64,000 bases of DNA from Sminthopsis crassicaudata (Eukaryota): contig NC_133617.1 of assembly GCF_048593235.1 (NCBI RefSeq), forward strand, positions 752,339,897-752,403,896. The letters are read 5' to 3'. This document shows positions 21,511 to 34,035 of this stretch, piece by piece. A program made the translations under genes and the position numbers. Numbering within the stretch: position 1 is the stretch's first letter; each line of letters opens with the position of its first letter. The notes below the pieces were generated by a model. That model saw only the letters and a program-made list of their open reading frames with translations, was not told the DNA's origin and did not search any database.

Positions 21511-24500
21511 TTGCTGTGTTTGGTTTTTTTTTTTTTTTTAATGGAAAAAAATCACAGATGACATTACTACCAAAAAGGGAAGTTGAGAAGACGCCAATAC
21601 CCATTAACCTAAATGGGTGCCTAGTTATGAGAATGATCTACCCACGTCTTGAGTAGTCTTAATGAAAACAGAAGGGAACAATAAACTTAGGGAAATACCC
21701 TCATACTGCTGATCACATCTTTATGTCCCCTGATTTAGTGAAAGCGCAGAGAATACATCCTACTACATCTACTGGCTATACATAAATAAATCAATCTTGT
21801 GATTCACTCAATAGGAACAATGTTCCTTCAAAGCTCTTCTCCGATCTGTGGGTCTCTCACATCCATAGAAAGACCTTACAAGAACGGGTGATAAAACTGG
21901 CAAGTCTGGAGCTGTGCGGAGCAGCCCCGGGGAGCCCTGGAGCAGGGAGATGTGGATGCCCCCGGAGGGGCAGGGTTTGGGGTAACCCTCTGTGAGGTTC
22001 CAGGTGAAGAGGGAGTCCCCACAGTCCCTGCGGTTATTTATGCGGGAAGTTGTGCTGACTATATCAAACTGGAGAATTTACAGAACTTCCTAAATGAGAT
22101 CAGTGGTGACTCAAGAAATAAGTTTATGACCTACATAGGAAAACCCAGAGAGATGATTGAAGGGTCAGTCCTAGGAGCTGGTCCTTCGCACATACGGAGA
22201 GCAGGCAGTGCAGCCGGGGCCAGAATCAGAACAAGAACTGGCTCATGGCCCCAGGACTAGGACAGAGCGTTTGACCCTCAGAGACACCTCCCACCCCACC
22301 CCCAGGCTCCAGACTGGCGTTCTGAGTTTTGCCCACATACTTTGAGCTAAATTTGGCTAAATTAAGTTGGGAAACCCAGATCCAGTCGAAACTGCCTTAT
22401 TTCATGGATAAGGAAGGCGACATGCTCCAGCTCACGTGACTCATGAGGCGTGGGGGGAGCGCACAGATGTCTGGTACCCCGTCACGCCCCTGGGGACATA
22501 CTCCTCCCCCCCAATGCTTTGGGGGCTCCTCAGGGTGGACCCAGGGCCTCCTTCTTTGGCGGACGAGGGAAGCTGTCCCTTCCATGACTCCCATTCCAGC
22601 AGGGGCTCTTGTGTGCGCCCACATGCCCATAAAGCCCTTCCTGCCCCAGGCAGACTTGGCAGAGAGACAGAGCCTTGCAGGGGTCACCACCCTCGGTCTG
22701 GGGTAGACTCAGTTGTGGGTTTGGGTTTAATGCCTTCAATCCCTGAGCATGGTTCTAGGGCCACAGCTTAAACATCTCTGGGTGAGAGAGAGCAGAGAGA
22801 TTATTTCCTCCACGGAAATCATTTTACATGCAAAGGGTTTACTTCCTGACCCACTAACAAATCCCAGATCTGGACGCCTCAGATCCAGATGTCTACACTG
22901 ATCTCCTGAGAGAACCTGCCAGACATCTGGAGGGGAGAAGCAGCAGAGCACACCTGACCCGGAGAGACCTGCTTCCAGGCCGGATTGAAAGCCCAGACAG
23001 TCACACACACACACACACAAGAGCATCATTTCTGCCATTTTCCCCCCTCGCTCCCCTGAGACACGTCACTGAGACACTGCCATCTCAGAGCCTGGGCTCC
23101 GGCTCACTGGGGCCTGTCAGGACATCCCTTCCCCGTCCGTCCTCTGTTCCTCCTGGGCTCGGGTGTTCTCCCTCCTTACCCCATCCACCCGGGGGAGCCC
23201 CTAGCAGGGGCCCTCGATGATGCCCTCATTTGTGGGCCCTTAAAGTTATTCAGACTGATGTCCACTCTGGTTAGTTATCTCAGAAATGCTCTGCCCGCCC
23301 CCCCACTAAAAGGTAAACTTGAGGAACTATCTCATGTTTCTCTTTGTGTCCATTACTCTCTAAATAGGGTCAGGCACTGCACCTATTTTAGAGGGAATAA
23401 TAGCACTATCCCCATTTTACAGATGAGAAAAACGACAAAACTAACATGTCGGCTAAAACAAATGAGGCCGTAATTCAAAATGCCTTTTGCTGCTGAGCAG
23501 GATGTTGATTGAGTTATGATCGACTGCTTTATTTTTTTAATCGATTTCAGTAATATGTTCTTGAAAATGTTTTTAAAATAATATTTTTATTCCTAAAGGG
23601 CAGAGAAACACATGAAGTTGGATTTTGTTCACACTCTGGGGAATGGATTTATATTGTTTTAAGTTAAAGTAGCAAGACGTCCTCAGTATGAGTATTAATC
23701 TGGAAAACTCGGGTTTGCTTACAGAAAGCCAATACAAAAGCACAGCCTCCTGGTCTGAACTGAGATTGCAGCAGCCAGAGAGAGCTAAGAAAGTTTCTGG
23801 TCCCCTCCCGCTTTTGCTTGGGCCCAATTTGGGCTGTTAACGAGTAGGTTCCCAACTCCAGCTCTTTTTATTTTTACCAAGCCTTGTTGGGGGAGATTAA
23901 GATTTGTTCATTCAGCAGCTCCTTTAAAGTGTATTTTCTTATGCTTTGGTACAAGAAGCCCCTAAAATGGTGTGATATGACTTGCTTTATTTTCCTGTCT
24001 GAACTTAACCCGAGGGCCGTCTTTCTATTCATCTGCCATGTCTACACACAGCAGCAAACACACGTGGAGAGACCCAACCGGTCTGTTCCCTTTCACGGAG
24101 GGACTAAGAGCCGCGGCTTCAGCATCCTCGGAGCCTTTCTCTGCCAGGACTAGACACACATGTTACAGCATCAGTCAGAGCCAGAAGGGACCATAGGGAC
24201 CTCGAGCTCTAAAGCTCCTTTTTTATAGTTTTTGCAGATGAGTAAACCGAGTCTTAGAAAGGGGAACCCTAAGGTCACATAGGAAGAAAGTGGCTGTGGC
24301 AGGACCCAAATCCACTGAATTCAGACGCCGTTATTGCAATAATCTGGACCTGATTCTTTGTGTCTCTTTATGGCGTTGGCAGGATGGGGTCTGCTGGCCA
24401 CATCCACACATTCAAGCTCCTAGAAATGGGCCCTAAATTTCATTTGTGGAGTTTTCTCCTGTGGCTCACAGGTGACCCTGAGAATGTGCTTGAACCTTCA

Positions 24501-27500
24501 CATTTAGTAGTGAATGAACCAGATCCGTGTATTTATAACACCGACAGGACACACTGGGGGTACTGGGGGCTGAGCTGAGAGAAAACTCGGGGGAGGGGGC
24601 AGAGAGCTGCTTTTAAATATCTGAAGGACATCAAATGTATGAGAGATTAGCCTGGTTCTATTTGGTGCCAGAGGACAGAACCAGGGGCAGTGAGTGTGAC
24701 AAAGAGATAAACTGAGGCAAGGTGTTTGGGAGAAATTCTTAATTAGAGCCGACCCAAGGCGAAACCCAGCAGAGCTCTGAGGGGCAGGGGGCTTTCTCCT
24801 TTAGAGGCCTTTGAGCAGAGGCTGGATGGTCATTATTGAAGGTGGTCATTTCTGGGATGTTCCAGTTGCATTAGATGGTCCCTGAGGTCCCTTCTGACAA
24901 GACGCCCTCCTCCCAGCCCTGCTAAAGATTTCTCGAGTTTTGGTCGGCCTCAAGGGATAGGGATGGATCAACTTGGCTCACTGTAGCTCAATATAAATCT
25001 GTTAGAAGGTCAACGGGCAGGGGAACCCACTGAGCCCTGCAGAAAAAAGGAGAAAACTCAAGATGTCTACTATCATGCAGGCTGTTTCCTTCTCTTCTTG
25101 GATCAGCTGCGGCTCCACTCCCCAAACCGGCTGACATTTGGAAAGCATACTGTAGGCAAGATAAAATCAAAACAAATCCAGAGACAAACCAGCTGGAATT
25201 TGGAGAAACTTCTTGCTGCCTTTGAGACATTTTGACAATCCGCAGAGAAATCATTTGTGGAAAATTCCATCAAATCCAAGGAGGGAAATCAAACAGACAC
25301 ACAACCTCCACGTACATGGTAAATCTTCTTCACAAGACCCATTCTAGTGGACAGTGGAAGCAAGCTCGGACACCAGGCGCAGAAGGGTGTCTTCTGAGGG
25401 AATCCCAAGGGGCACAAGCTTCGATGCCAAGCCCCGGACTCCTGCCCTGTCCCACTGCATCCTCCTGTCTCCTCACGTCAGCTGTCTGCAGCTTGCTCCA
25501 CAAGGCGGGAAGCACATGTATTCTCAGACATTTCCTGACACAGCCAATGAGAATTTAATTTATTTGGCTAGGTATATTTGTAAGAAGGATTTGGGTTTGT
25601 TTGTTTTTTTTTTTTTTTTTCCTTTTTTTTGGGGGGGAGGGAGAAAAAAAGGAATGTTTGATAATTGGTAAAAAAGTAAAATTTAATTTAGAAAATGTAA
25701 ACAGAAAGTGAAAAGAAAAAAAAAAAGACAAACTATCTCTTTGTTAAAGGAGCAAAGAGATTTAGAATATAAAAAAAATCTTGAAGCAAAGATCTTCTGA
25801 TCCTGAGCTGTTGGTAGGTCATCATGGATAGGCCGCAGCTAATGGGAAGAATGATTGTCAAGAGTCCTGAAGCTAGAATCATCATCAATTTATTGAGAAG
25901 GGGAGAAAGGAACAATCATCTACTAAGCAGCTACTCCGTGCTAAACCCCGGGCCACCAAGATCTCATCTGATCCTCACAATCCAGAGAGGTCTGGACCCT
26001 TTACCCTCATCTGACAGGCGAGGAAACTGAGGCAGAGGCGGGACTTGGTCGCCGAGATCACGTTTGGACACAGACTTCTCCATTCCTATTCCCGGGGCTG
26101 GCTTAGGTAAGGGAAACCTACTTTGCAGTTTCTGCAATTCAGCAAATTCAAGGCCACAATCATTAGGCTCTGAGACTTCCCCCATTTCTCCTAACTTGGT
26201 CTTGTGCTTGTTCCTTGAGCAATTTAATTTTTAAATGTATTTACTTTGCAACTGAAAATTCAGGTCTGGGAAATTAAAGCAGGAGGGAATGTCCTAAAGC
26301 AGAGGTTTATTAGCATGTCGGTGTGGGGGTAACTGAGGTACAACATGCCGCAGACACGGCTTGCTGACTCGGGTCCAACAGGACCACAAGTTGCCGATAC
26401 CGGTCACTGAGGACTCCTGCCCCAGTGGCTTGTTGGAAAAATCAGTGTGTGTATTGAGACCACACCTACAGAAAAGGAGCATGTCCCAAGGTTCCAAATA
26501 TAACCTAAAACCTCCAGAGCTCTTAACGGGGAATCAGAATCTGAACTGGGACCCCAGGGATCATCCCGATGGTCGGACCCTCCCGCCTTCCTTTCTCCTT
26601 CAGGGAAGGGCCCTCTCCTCCAAATTTCTACAAGACTCGTGATGTTAGCGAGAAAGCTGGGAGGTGAAGGAGCCTGGTGTGCCGGCCAGTAGTCAATGGG
26701 CCATCATGCAGACAAAGGGTGAAGGCCTCTCTTTCGAGCATGTTAGACGGCCGAGACACCAGGGACCACCTGGACGGGCAGTGAACCTGTGCCTGCAGTT
26801 TCATTTTGGGTCCCCCAGCATGGACCCCCACCTGTAAAGTTCTTGAATTGTGAGGGTCCGGTCGTCTGCTCAGTTATAATCCTTCTCTGGGAGGAGATCT
26901 GTAAAATCTTTTCCTCCGAGTGCAGGTTTCTTGGGAGCTCTGAATCTCCTCCAGCTCTTGTCCTTCCTCAAATCAGACTGGTCTCCTTTCAGCCCGCCTG
27001 GAGTCAAGACTATCCCAGAGTCCATTCTCTCAGACCCAATGCTGCCCTTCTTTTATCCTCCCAGAGAATGGGCGTGGGATAACGCAAGGGCTTCTGGGAA
27101 ACATTACTTCAACCAATGAGCTTGCTCCTCCTAGAATTCCTAAGGTGTAAACTCCCTTTAAAGACCCGGAACCAAAGGTCTGAGCCAGAGAACTGTCAAG
27201 TCAGCCTGAGTTCTCACCTTGTCACTGTCCAGACAACCTGAGTTCTCACCTGGTAATCCTAACACCCACCCTCCATGACAAATCTTGTTTTGAGCAGCAG
27301 GTGCCAAGGCCAGCCCTTCTCCTAAGGCTCAGAGAACTTGCTTCCCTCTGCCTGCCAGGGACATGGCCTTGCTGCACAAGGGGAGCATCCCAGGGTACCA
27401 GGAACTTTCTCTTCCCCCACCCTCCCAAACCTCCAGGGTGAGTCTTCCGATGCTTCTCCAAAACGTGACCACTTTGGACAAATTGGAAGCAGTGCCCCAG

Positions 27501-27693
27501 CAGAACGAGGCGCTCCGACCCTTCCCACAGGAGGCTCGGGCAAACACCCGCCCAAGGCCCTTCAAGCTTCAAGCGGCGTTGAACCCCAGGCTCCCTTGGC
27601 TGCCTCCCTCCCACTCCCCCAACCCCCCTGTGAAGTAATGAGCCGGGGGAACAAAAATACAAGTGCCAGGATGCGGGAGTCTTTAACTGGGCA

Positions 27694-27699
27694 TTTAAT
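27694..27699 (-). terminator. Candidate C7orf25 polyadenylation signal (ATTAAA)
   Basis: ATTAAA on the minus strand about 380 nt after the stop codon. Confidence 0.5.
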
Positions 27700-27750
27700 T
27701 CAGGATGTTATGGAGACAGACTGCCCTGAAAGACTATTCTCTCCACGAGA

Positions 27751-27910
27751 ACGCAGCCCCTCGCCAGGGCACGCAGCCCCTCGCAGGAGGACGCAGCCCC
27801 TCGCCGGAGGACGCAGCCCCTCGCCAGGGCACGCAGCCCCTCGCCGGAGGACACAGCCCCTCACCAGGGCACGCAGCCCCTCGCCGGAGGACGCAGCCCC
27901 TCGCCAGGGC
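27751..27910. repeat. 20-bp minisatellite x8 in C7orf25 3' UTR
   Basis: ACGCAGCCCCTCGCC followed by AGGGC or GGAGG, eight registered copies. Confidence 0.95.
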
Positions 27911-28081
27911 CCACGCGGCCCCAGGAGGCCCGGAGCCGGATGCCTCGGCCGTTGCTGCCCCGTCTCTCCTGCTCTGGGCGTCTGAAGGCCGCGCGGGGCC
28001 CGGCACAAGTGCCCGCCAGGACCGGCCCTGCAGCCTGCGCCCGCTGGGGGCAGAAGGCCCAGCCCTCTCGAGGACGCCCCG

Positions 28082-29347
28082 TCAGAGTTCACTGCTGCCA
28101 GGGCAGCTCTTTGGTAAGGGGGTGGCGAGGGCTTCTTTGCTCTCGGTGAGGGCCCGGGGCTGGTGGATGAACACGCTGAACTTCACGCCCTGGTTGGTGG
28201 CGGCGCGCACGAAGCCGCTGTTGGCCGTCATCGTGACGGCTTTTAAAGTGTCTCCCGTTCCAAAAATGGTGAGCGAGCGGCTGTTGATTTTGGAGCTCGC
28301 CACCAGTCTTAAGGCACGCTCGGAGGGCTGGTCCGGCACCACGCGGACGCGCTGGATCAGCCGGGCGGCCCGCTCCCTCTCGCCGGGCCCTCCCAAAGTG
28401 TCTAGGATAGCCTGGAAGTCCTTGACGGCGGACTCGCAGGCAAACAGCTCCTTGTTGGCCATGAAGGCCTCCAGCTGGGGCAGGACGCGCTCCTTCCGCT
28501 CCTGCACGGCCTGCTCCGTCAGCACCTTCTCTCGGAAGACGAAGCGGCAGCCGCCGTAGCTCAGGGCGGAGACGTAGGTGATCAGCGTGGTGATGTCCAG
28601 GTTCACCCGACTGCACACGTCGACCTTGACCTCCGTGGGGAAGGCCACGCTGGCCACAACGTGCTCCCTGTCCACCCGGGTCACCTGCAGGAGTCCCGGG
28701 ACCTCCTCGTCGGACTCGCTGTCGCTGAGCGGGAGCCGCGCGGGCCGCTCGAGGGGGGCATTCACGGCCACGATGTCCCCGCGCACGGAGATGCCCATCT
28801 CCTTCAGCTTCTCCGCCATGGGGCTGGAGACGCTGTTGTAGAAGGCGAAGACGATGTGGGGGCTGCTGTACTGCACGGGCTGCTGGGAGCTCGCCCGCAG
28901 GAAGTCCTCCGCCTGCTCCACGACGCTCTTGTCCCCGTACTGGCCCCGGCCCAGCCAGATGTTGTGCAGGGCCTCGGCTTTGCGGCCGATGGCCTTGACC
29001 CACGTGTGCCCCCCATTGGCCACCACGTCCACCACCAGGGTCTGCTTCTCGCCCAGGCCGTCCACGTAGCCGAAGACGTGCAGGACGCTAACCACTTCCT
29101 CCAGGTTCTCGGCGGACTCCACGATGGCGCGCAGGTGGGTGAGGTTGGTGCTCTGGAGGTGGGACTCCTTGACGGCCACCTTCCCCGCCTCCACCCTGTG
29201 CAGGAACTTCAGCTCGGCCCGCAGCTTGCCGCATAGCTTGGCCCCGCCTTCCACCCCTCCTTTTCTGGATCTGGAGAGGGCCTCGGCTCTCTGGATTAAC
29301 TCCTTGGCAACAGCGATTCGCTCGCACAGCATGGAGTGCGCGGACAT
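28082..29347 (-). CDS. C7orf25: UPF0415 protein C7orf25 homolog (421 aa, single coding exon)
   Basis: [18 protein letters not shown]...[19 protein letters not shown]...[19 protein letters not shown]...[11 protein letters not shown]; acceptor tgtgttcgcag| at 29368; synteny with PSMA2 and MRPL32. Confidence 0.96.
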   Translation of the reverse strand: MSAHSMLCERIAVAKELIQRAEALSRSRKGGVEGGAKLCGKLRAELKFLHRVEAGKVAVKESHLQSTNLTHLRAIVESAENLEEVVSVLHVFGYVDGLGEKQTLVVDVVANGGHTWVKAIGRKAEALHNIWLGRGQYGDKSVVEQAEDFLRASSQQPVQYSSPHIVFAFYNSVSSPMAEKLKEMGISVRGDIVAVNAPLERPARLPLSDSESDEEVPGLLQVTRVDREHVVASVAFPTEVKVDVCSRVNLDITTLITYVSALSYGGCRFVFREKVLTEQAVQERKERVLPQLEAFMANKELFACESAVKDFQAILDTLGGPGERERAARLIQRVRVVPDQPSERALRLVASSKINSRSLTIFGTGDTLKAVTMTANSGFVRAATNQGVKFSVFIHQPRALTESKEALATPLPKSCPGSSEL

Positions 29348-29404
29348 GCTGGCGGCATCGTTCCTGCTCTGCGAACACAAGAGACACCAGGTCAGCAGAG
29401 CCGG

Positions 29405-30045
29405 GGAAGGACCCTGCGCGCCGGGCTTTCCGGCCCCACCTGGGGGCGCCCCGAGACGGCCGGGGAACATCCCAGCAGGGGCTCCCCGTCAGGACCTGCG
29501 CACCGGGCTTTCCGGCCCCACCTGGGGGCGCCCCGAGACGGCCGGGGAACATCCCAGCAGGGGCTCCCCGTCAGGACCTGCGCACCGGGCTTTCCGGCCC
29601 CACCTGGGGGCGCCCCGAGACGGCCGGCACATCCGGCAGAGCCACGGGAAGGACCTGGGCGCCCGCTTTCCGGCCCCACCTGGGGGCACCCCGAGACCGC
29701 CAGGGAACATCCGGCAGAGCCACGGGAAGGACCCTGCACCGGGCTTTCCGGCCCCACCGAGACCGCCCAGGCACATCCGGCAGGGGCTCCCCGTCAGGAC
29801 CTGCGCACCGGGCTTTCCGGCCCCACCTGGGGGCGCCCCAACACGGCGGGGCACATCTGGCAGAGCCACGGGAAGGACCTGGGCGCCCGCTTTCCGGCCC
29901 CACCTGGGGGCGCCCCGAGACGGCCCGGGCACATCCGGCAGGGGCTCCCCGTTAGGACCTGCGCACCGGGCTTTCCGGCCCCACCTGGGGGATGCCGGGA
30001 GACCGCCGGGGAACATCCCGGCAGGGGCTCCCGGTCGGGGCCCTG
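29405..30045. repeat. GC-rich VNTR, about 8 units of 69-82 bp (two variants), in the C7orf25 intron
   Basis: Recurrent CCGGGCTTTCCGGCCCCACCTGGGGGCGCCCCGAGACGG at 29421, 29503, 29585, 29661, 29739, 29808, 29885, 29966. Confidence 0.95.
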
Positions 30046-31964
30046 GGGGGCAGGGGCAGGCTGCGATTCCAGCAGCTCCTGCCACCCCATGCCCGGGCGC
30101 TGGCCGAGGGACACAGCCGGGGCCAAAGGCGGGGCTGGAACCGCCCACTGCCCACAGATGCTCCAGTCGATACAGACAAGGAAATCGCGGGGCCACGGTC
30201 ACGTGACTGCGGGGACGCCAAAGCCAGACCCGAAACCCGACTCTTCCGCCAGGGACCAGCCCCCCCCCCCCAAGCGCTTGTAGGTGCCAACAAGGTGCCC
30301 GGCAGCAAAGTGGCCCCTCCCCCGGCCAAGGAGCTTGTCTTCTCCGGGGAGAGCTGCCCAATCCATCCTGTGCTCCGTCCGGAAGATGGAGAGAGCAGGA
30401 CAAGGGGGGGGCCTCTGACTGCACCGAGGGAGAAAATCCAGAGGCAACAACAGGCGTCTACTAAGTGCTTCCTGCGCCCGGCCACGTGTGGCCCGGGGAC
30501 TCGAGACAAAACCAGAGCCTGCCCCGGAGCGCCCCCCCTCCCCCAGGAAGGCCCCGATACGTCGGTCACGGTCCGGATGCTCCCGGGGTCAATAAGGGGT
30601 CAGGCCAGAGCGCCCGGGGAGCCGGAGACTCCGCACGTGGGCAGAAGGGGGCGCTCTGACACCCCAGTGAGGGCAGTGACGTGCTGGGAATCACGTGGGA
30701 CCCGCGTTCAAAGCCAGCCTCAGACACACAAGCTGGGAGGTCCTGGGCAGGGACTTCATCCTTCCGCCTCAGTCTCCTCACCTGGAAAATGGGGGCAACC
30801 ACAGCACCCGCTAGCCAGAGCTGCGGGGAGGATCACGTGAGCTTTCTATCCGGGGCTTTACCTTGTTCTCCTGTGTGGCTAACAGCCCACTCTGACGCCC
30901 CCTTCTCACAACGTTTTACAAGCACAAAATGACCGGGCACCGGAGAGCCCAGAGCACCGTCCTAGCGGCCCAGGGGCTTGTGCAGGGGCCCCGTCCTCAG
31001 GAGCGGCAGAAAAGGGCAGGAGCAGGCTCCGATTGGACCTGCGGGTTCTGGGACGGGGCTCAGAACAGCTGCGTTCGAACCAGAAGTCCAACTGCCCGGG
31101 CCGGCGCACTCCGGCTGCCCAATCAGAGAAGGAAGACCCGCCGGGTCCATCCCGGGCCGGATCCGTCCCCACCCGTTCCCATCTGGATCCTATCCTCACC
31201 CGATCCCACCCCGTCCCCCACCTCGATCCCGCCCCGAGCCCCAGCTCTGCACCCTCCGCACCAGGACCTCCCCCGGCTCTGCGCCCATCCGGATCTCAGG
31301 CCGGACACACTCCAGCAGCAGTAAGCCACTGGGCGGAACTGCGGAGGGGCGCCGCTGGGGCGGGGCAGGAAGCGCCCAGAAGTCTCCCACAAGCCCCTAA
31401 CCCTGCCCCCCCTGCAGAGCCCAGGACCAGGGGTTCTAGAGGGAGCCGCGGCCGGACCCCCGATGAGGACCCACTAGGTCCCCGCCCGAGCCCTGCAGGT
31501 CTCAGTCTTATCACTAGGGGACATTCTTCAAGGCTCCGCTGGGGGGTTCTCTCCCTTCTCAGCCCGGAGGAGGAGGGGGGTCTCCGCGGCCCCTTCCGGC
31601 CCGTCCCCAGAGTTGGAGAATGGGGAGCAAAGTCAAGATGAGCTCGTCCAGACCGACCCTGTGGGGGGAGGGGGGGCCAGGCCCCAACCTCCCTCCACGC
31701 ATGACACGTTACTAAATGTTAGCTGAATGGGCCTAACTCCGGGCCTGAGCCCCGACACACACATGGAGGGAGGGCTAATTAAGGCCCAAGTGAACTGCGG
31801 CCCCCTCCCACTCCCCCCTCACTGGGGCCCGGTGTCCGTCTCCTCTTCCCTCTGGACCTCAGTTTCCCCCTCTGCGGGGTGGGCCGCTTGGCCCAGCGCT
31901 GCGCCCCTCCCCCGCACAGCCGCACGCGACCTTAGTTTTCCCGGGGGGACGGGCAACACCTCAC

Positions 31965-32225
31965 CTGGCCGGGGGGGAGGAGGGGGAGCTGGCAGACTGA
32001 AGGGCGAACACTCGCCACAGACCGGCTCAGGCTCTGCTCCCAACCAGCCACCGTCGCCGCAGGGACGCGCGTCACGTGGCCCCGGCCGACTGACGCCGCT
32101 CCAGGCATCCTCCCGCCCGTGGGCGTGCATCCGGCGTGCGCGTGAAGCCAGCCCGCCGGCCATCTTGACTAAGGGTACCCGCCCGCGGGCCGCTCCCCCC
32201 TCACATGAGCAAGGCGCATGCGCAG
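31965..32225 (-). promoter_or_regulatory. C7orf25: Putative C7orf25 core promoter and first exon
   Basis: NRF1-like GCGCATGCGC at 32214-32223, YY1-like CAAGATGGCCG near 32156-32167, E-box GTCACGTG at 32071, donor CAG|GTGAGG at 31965. Confidence 0.55.
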
Positions 32226-32930
32226 CGACCCCGCTTTGACTCTTGCATCATCCCCACCTCCCGTCAACCCTCCGTCCGCTCCCAGAGACCTGGGATTTCT
32301 GCAGCCTGCGGCAGGGGTCCCGCTCCGTCCCGCGCCCACCCGGGCTGTTTCGAGCTCTCCGTCAGTCTGCTATCACCGCCCGGAGCGTGGCGCGCTCCCT
32401 CTCGCTCCTCCGGCCCCGCCCCGACGCAGCCTGAATGCCCAAGTTCGGCTGGGACGCCCGCCGGGCGCCTCCTCGGCCTGTGCGTGCTGCCCCGCGGCAG
32501 CCGCGCGTGCGCGCTCCCACCTCGGCCCAGAGCCAGCCCCGGAGTCCAGATTGCAGGCGAGCCTCTCGGGCTCCCCGGGCCTGCTTCCTTCAGGCCTCCG
32601 TCTCCTGGTCACATTCCTTCCTCGGGTCTGGGGTAAAGAGCACCGTCCCCCATCCCGGCTACACTAAAGCTGACGCTCCCCACCCCCAACACCAGGATCC
32701 AAGCCCCTTCCAGCATTGCCGCTTCCCTCTGGGGCTGGGCCATCATCCACCAAGGCTTTGCCAGTTCTGCCTCTCCTACAAGTGAGGGCCTTTCTCCCCC
32801 CCCCAGGGGTCAGCCCTCAGCCCGCCCTCCTCATGGGTCTCCTGCCACTTGTGCAGGTGTCCTCCCCAGTCCTGACTTCAGCTCTGTCCTGCTGAACCGT
32901 CACAGGTTCCCTTAGTGCTCAGCCCCACAC

Positions 32931-33230
32931 CCAGAAACCCATGCCAACTTTTGGAGAGTGGGCATGAAGGCAGACAGACAGGGGCACACACAGACACATA
33001 TATATCCAGAAACTGAAGCCAACTTTTGGAGGGTGGGCACAAAGGCAGATATGCACACGTGTGGGCACACACATAGTCTCTCACACATAGATACACACAC
33101 CCAGAAACGGAACCCAACTTTTGGAGGGTGGGCACAGAGGCAGACATACATATAGACACACACACACCCTGAAACTGAAGCCAACTTTTATAGGCTGGGC
33201 ATGAAGGCAGACACACACACAGATACACAT
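32931..33230. repeat. Four imperfect repeats (about 44-bp core plus CA-rich spacer)
   Basis: CCAGAAACTGAAGCCAACTTTTGGAGGGTGGGCACAAAGGCAGA-like cores at 32931, 33006, 33101, 33168. Confidence 0.85.
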
Positions 33231-33348
33231 TTACACCGTCACAAAGAAATTGCAAGATCCTCTCAAAGAGGCTGTAGCTGCCATTTTTTTTTTCATTGTT
33301 TGCTGAAATACTGAGCAGAGGAAGTTCCCAACCACCTGAATTGAGTAG

Positions 33349-33354
33349 TTTATT
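33349..33354 (-). terminator. PSMA2 polyadenylation signal (AATAAA)
   Basis: tttatt on plus, about 145 nt after the stop codon. Confidence 0.7.
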
Positions 33355-33499
33355 AGGATTTATACCTATCATTTTTAAAAACTTCAGTCCATTCAACTAT
33401 GTAGAAATAAGTATGCAAAAAACAGAAAAACAAAAACATTTTGAAACATTTCAAATTGGGAAATCAATTGAAACTTCGTATAATTCAGTCACTGGAAGA

Positions 33500-33797
<298 letters not shown>

Positions 33798-33901
33798 TTA
33801 GCAGTGCTGACCTCAAGTCTTCATGAACATTAAAAAGCAAAACTCTGGAATACATTTTGATAAAGACTTCATTTAAAATTTACATGAAAAGAGTATTGCA
33901 T

Positions 33902-34035
33902 GGGCAGCTAGCTGGCGCAATGGACAGAGCACTGCCCAAAACCAATAGGTCCTGAGCCCAAAGCAGGCCTCAGACACATAGCACTTACTGTATGATCCCT
34001 AGGCAAGTCACTTAATATCAACTGTACTACCAAAA
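33902..34035 (+). mobile_element. tRNA-derived marsupial SINE (WSINE1/MAR1-like)
   Basis: gggcagctagctggcgcaatgg (A box)...ggcctcagacac...ggcaagtcacttaa. Confidence 0.7.

Larger units (their letters stand above)
27700..32700. promoter_or_regulatory. CpG island / GC-rich domain covering C7orf25
   Basis: Dense CpG and very high GC compared with flanks. Confidence 0.85.

Noticed and set aside
27338-30569. Many long GC-rich ORFs (e.g. 27705-28559, 284 aa; 29124-30206, 360 aa; 29336-30283, 315 aa)
   Set aside because: Antisense or alternative frames of the GC-biased C7orf25 CDS and VNTRs, where stops are scarce; no recognisable protein. The 41-aa N-terminal extension of the 462-aa ORF is intronic.
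32931-33230. Repeat-spacer pattern resembling a CRISPR array
   Set aside because: Mammalian DNA, imperfect repeats, low-complexity CA spacers of uneven length and no cas genes.
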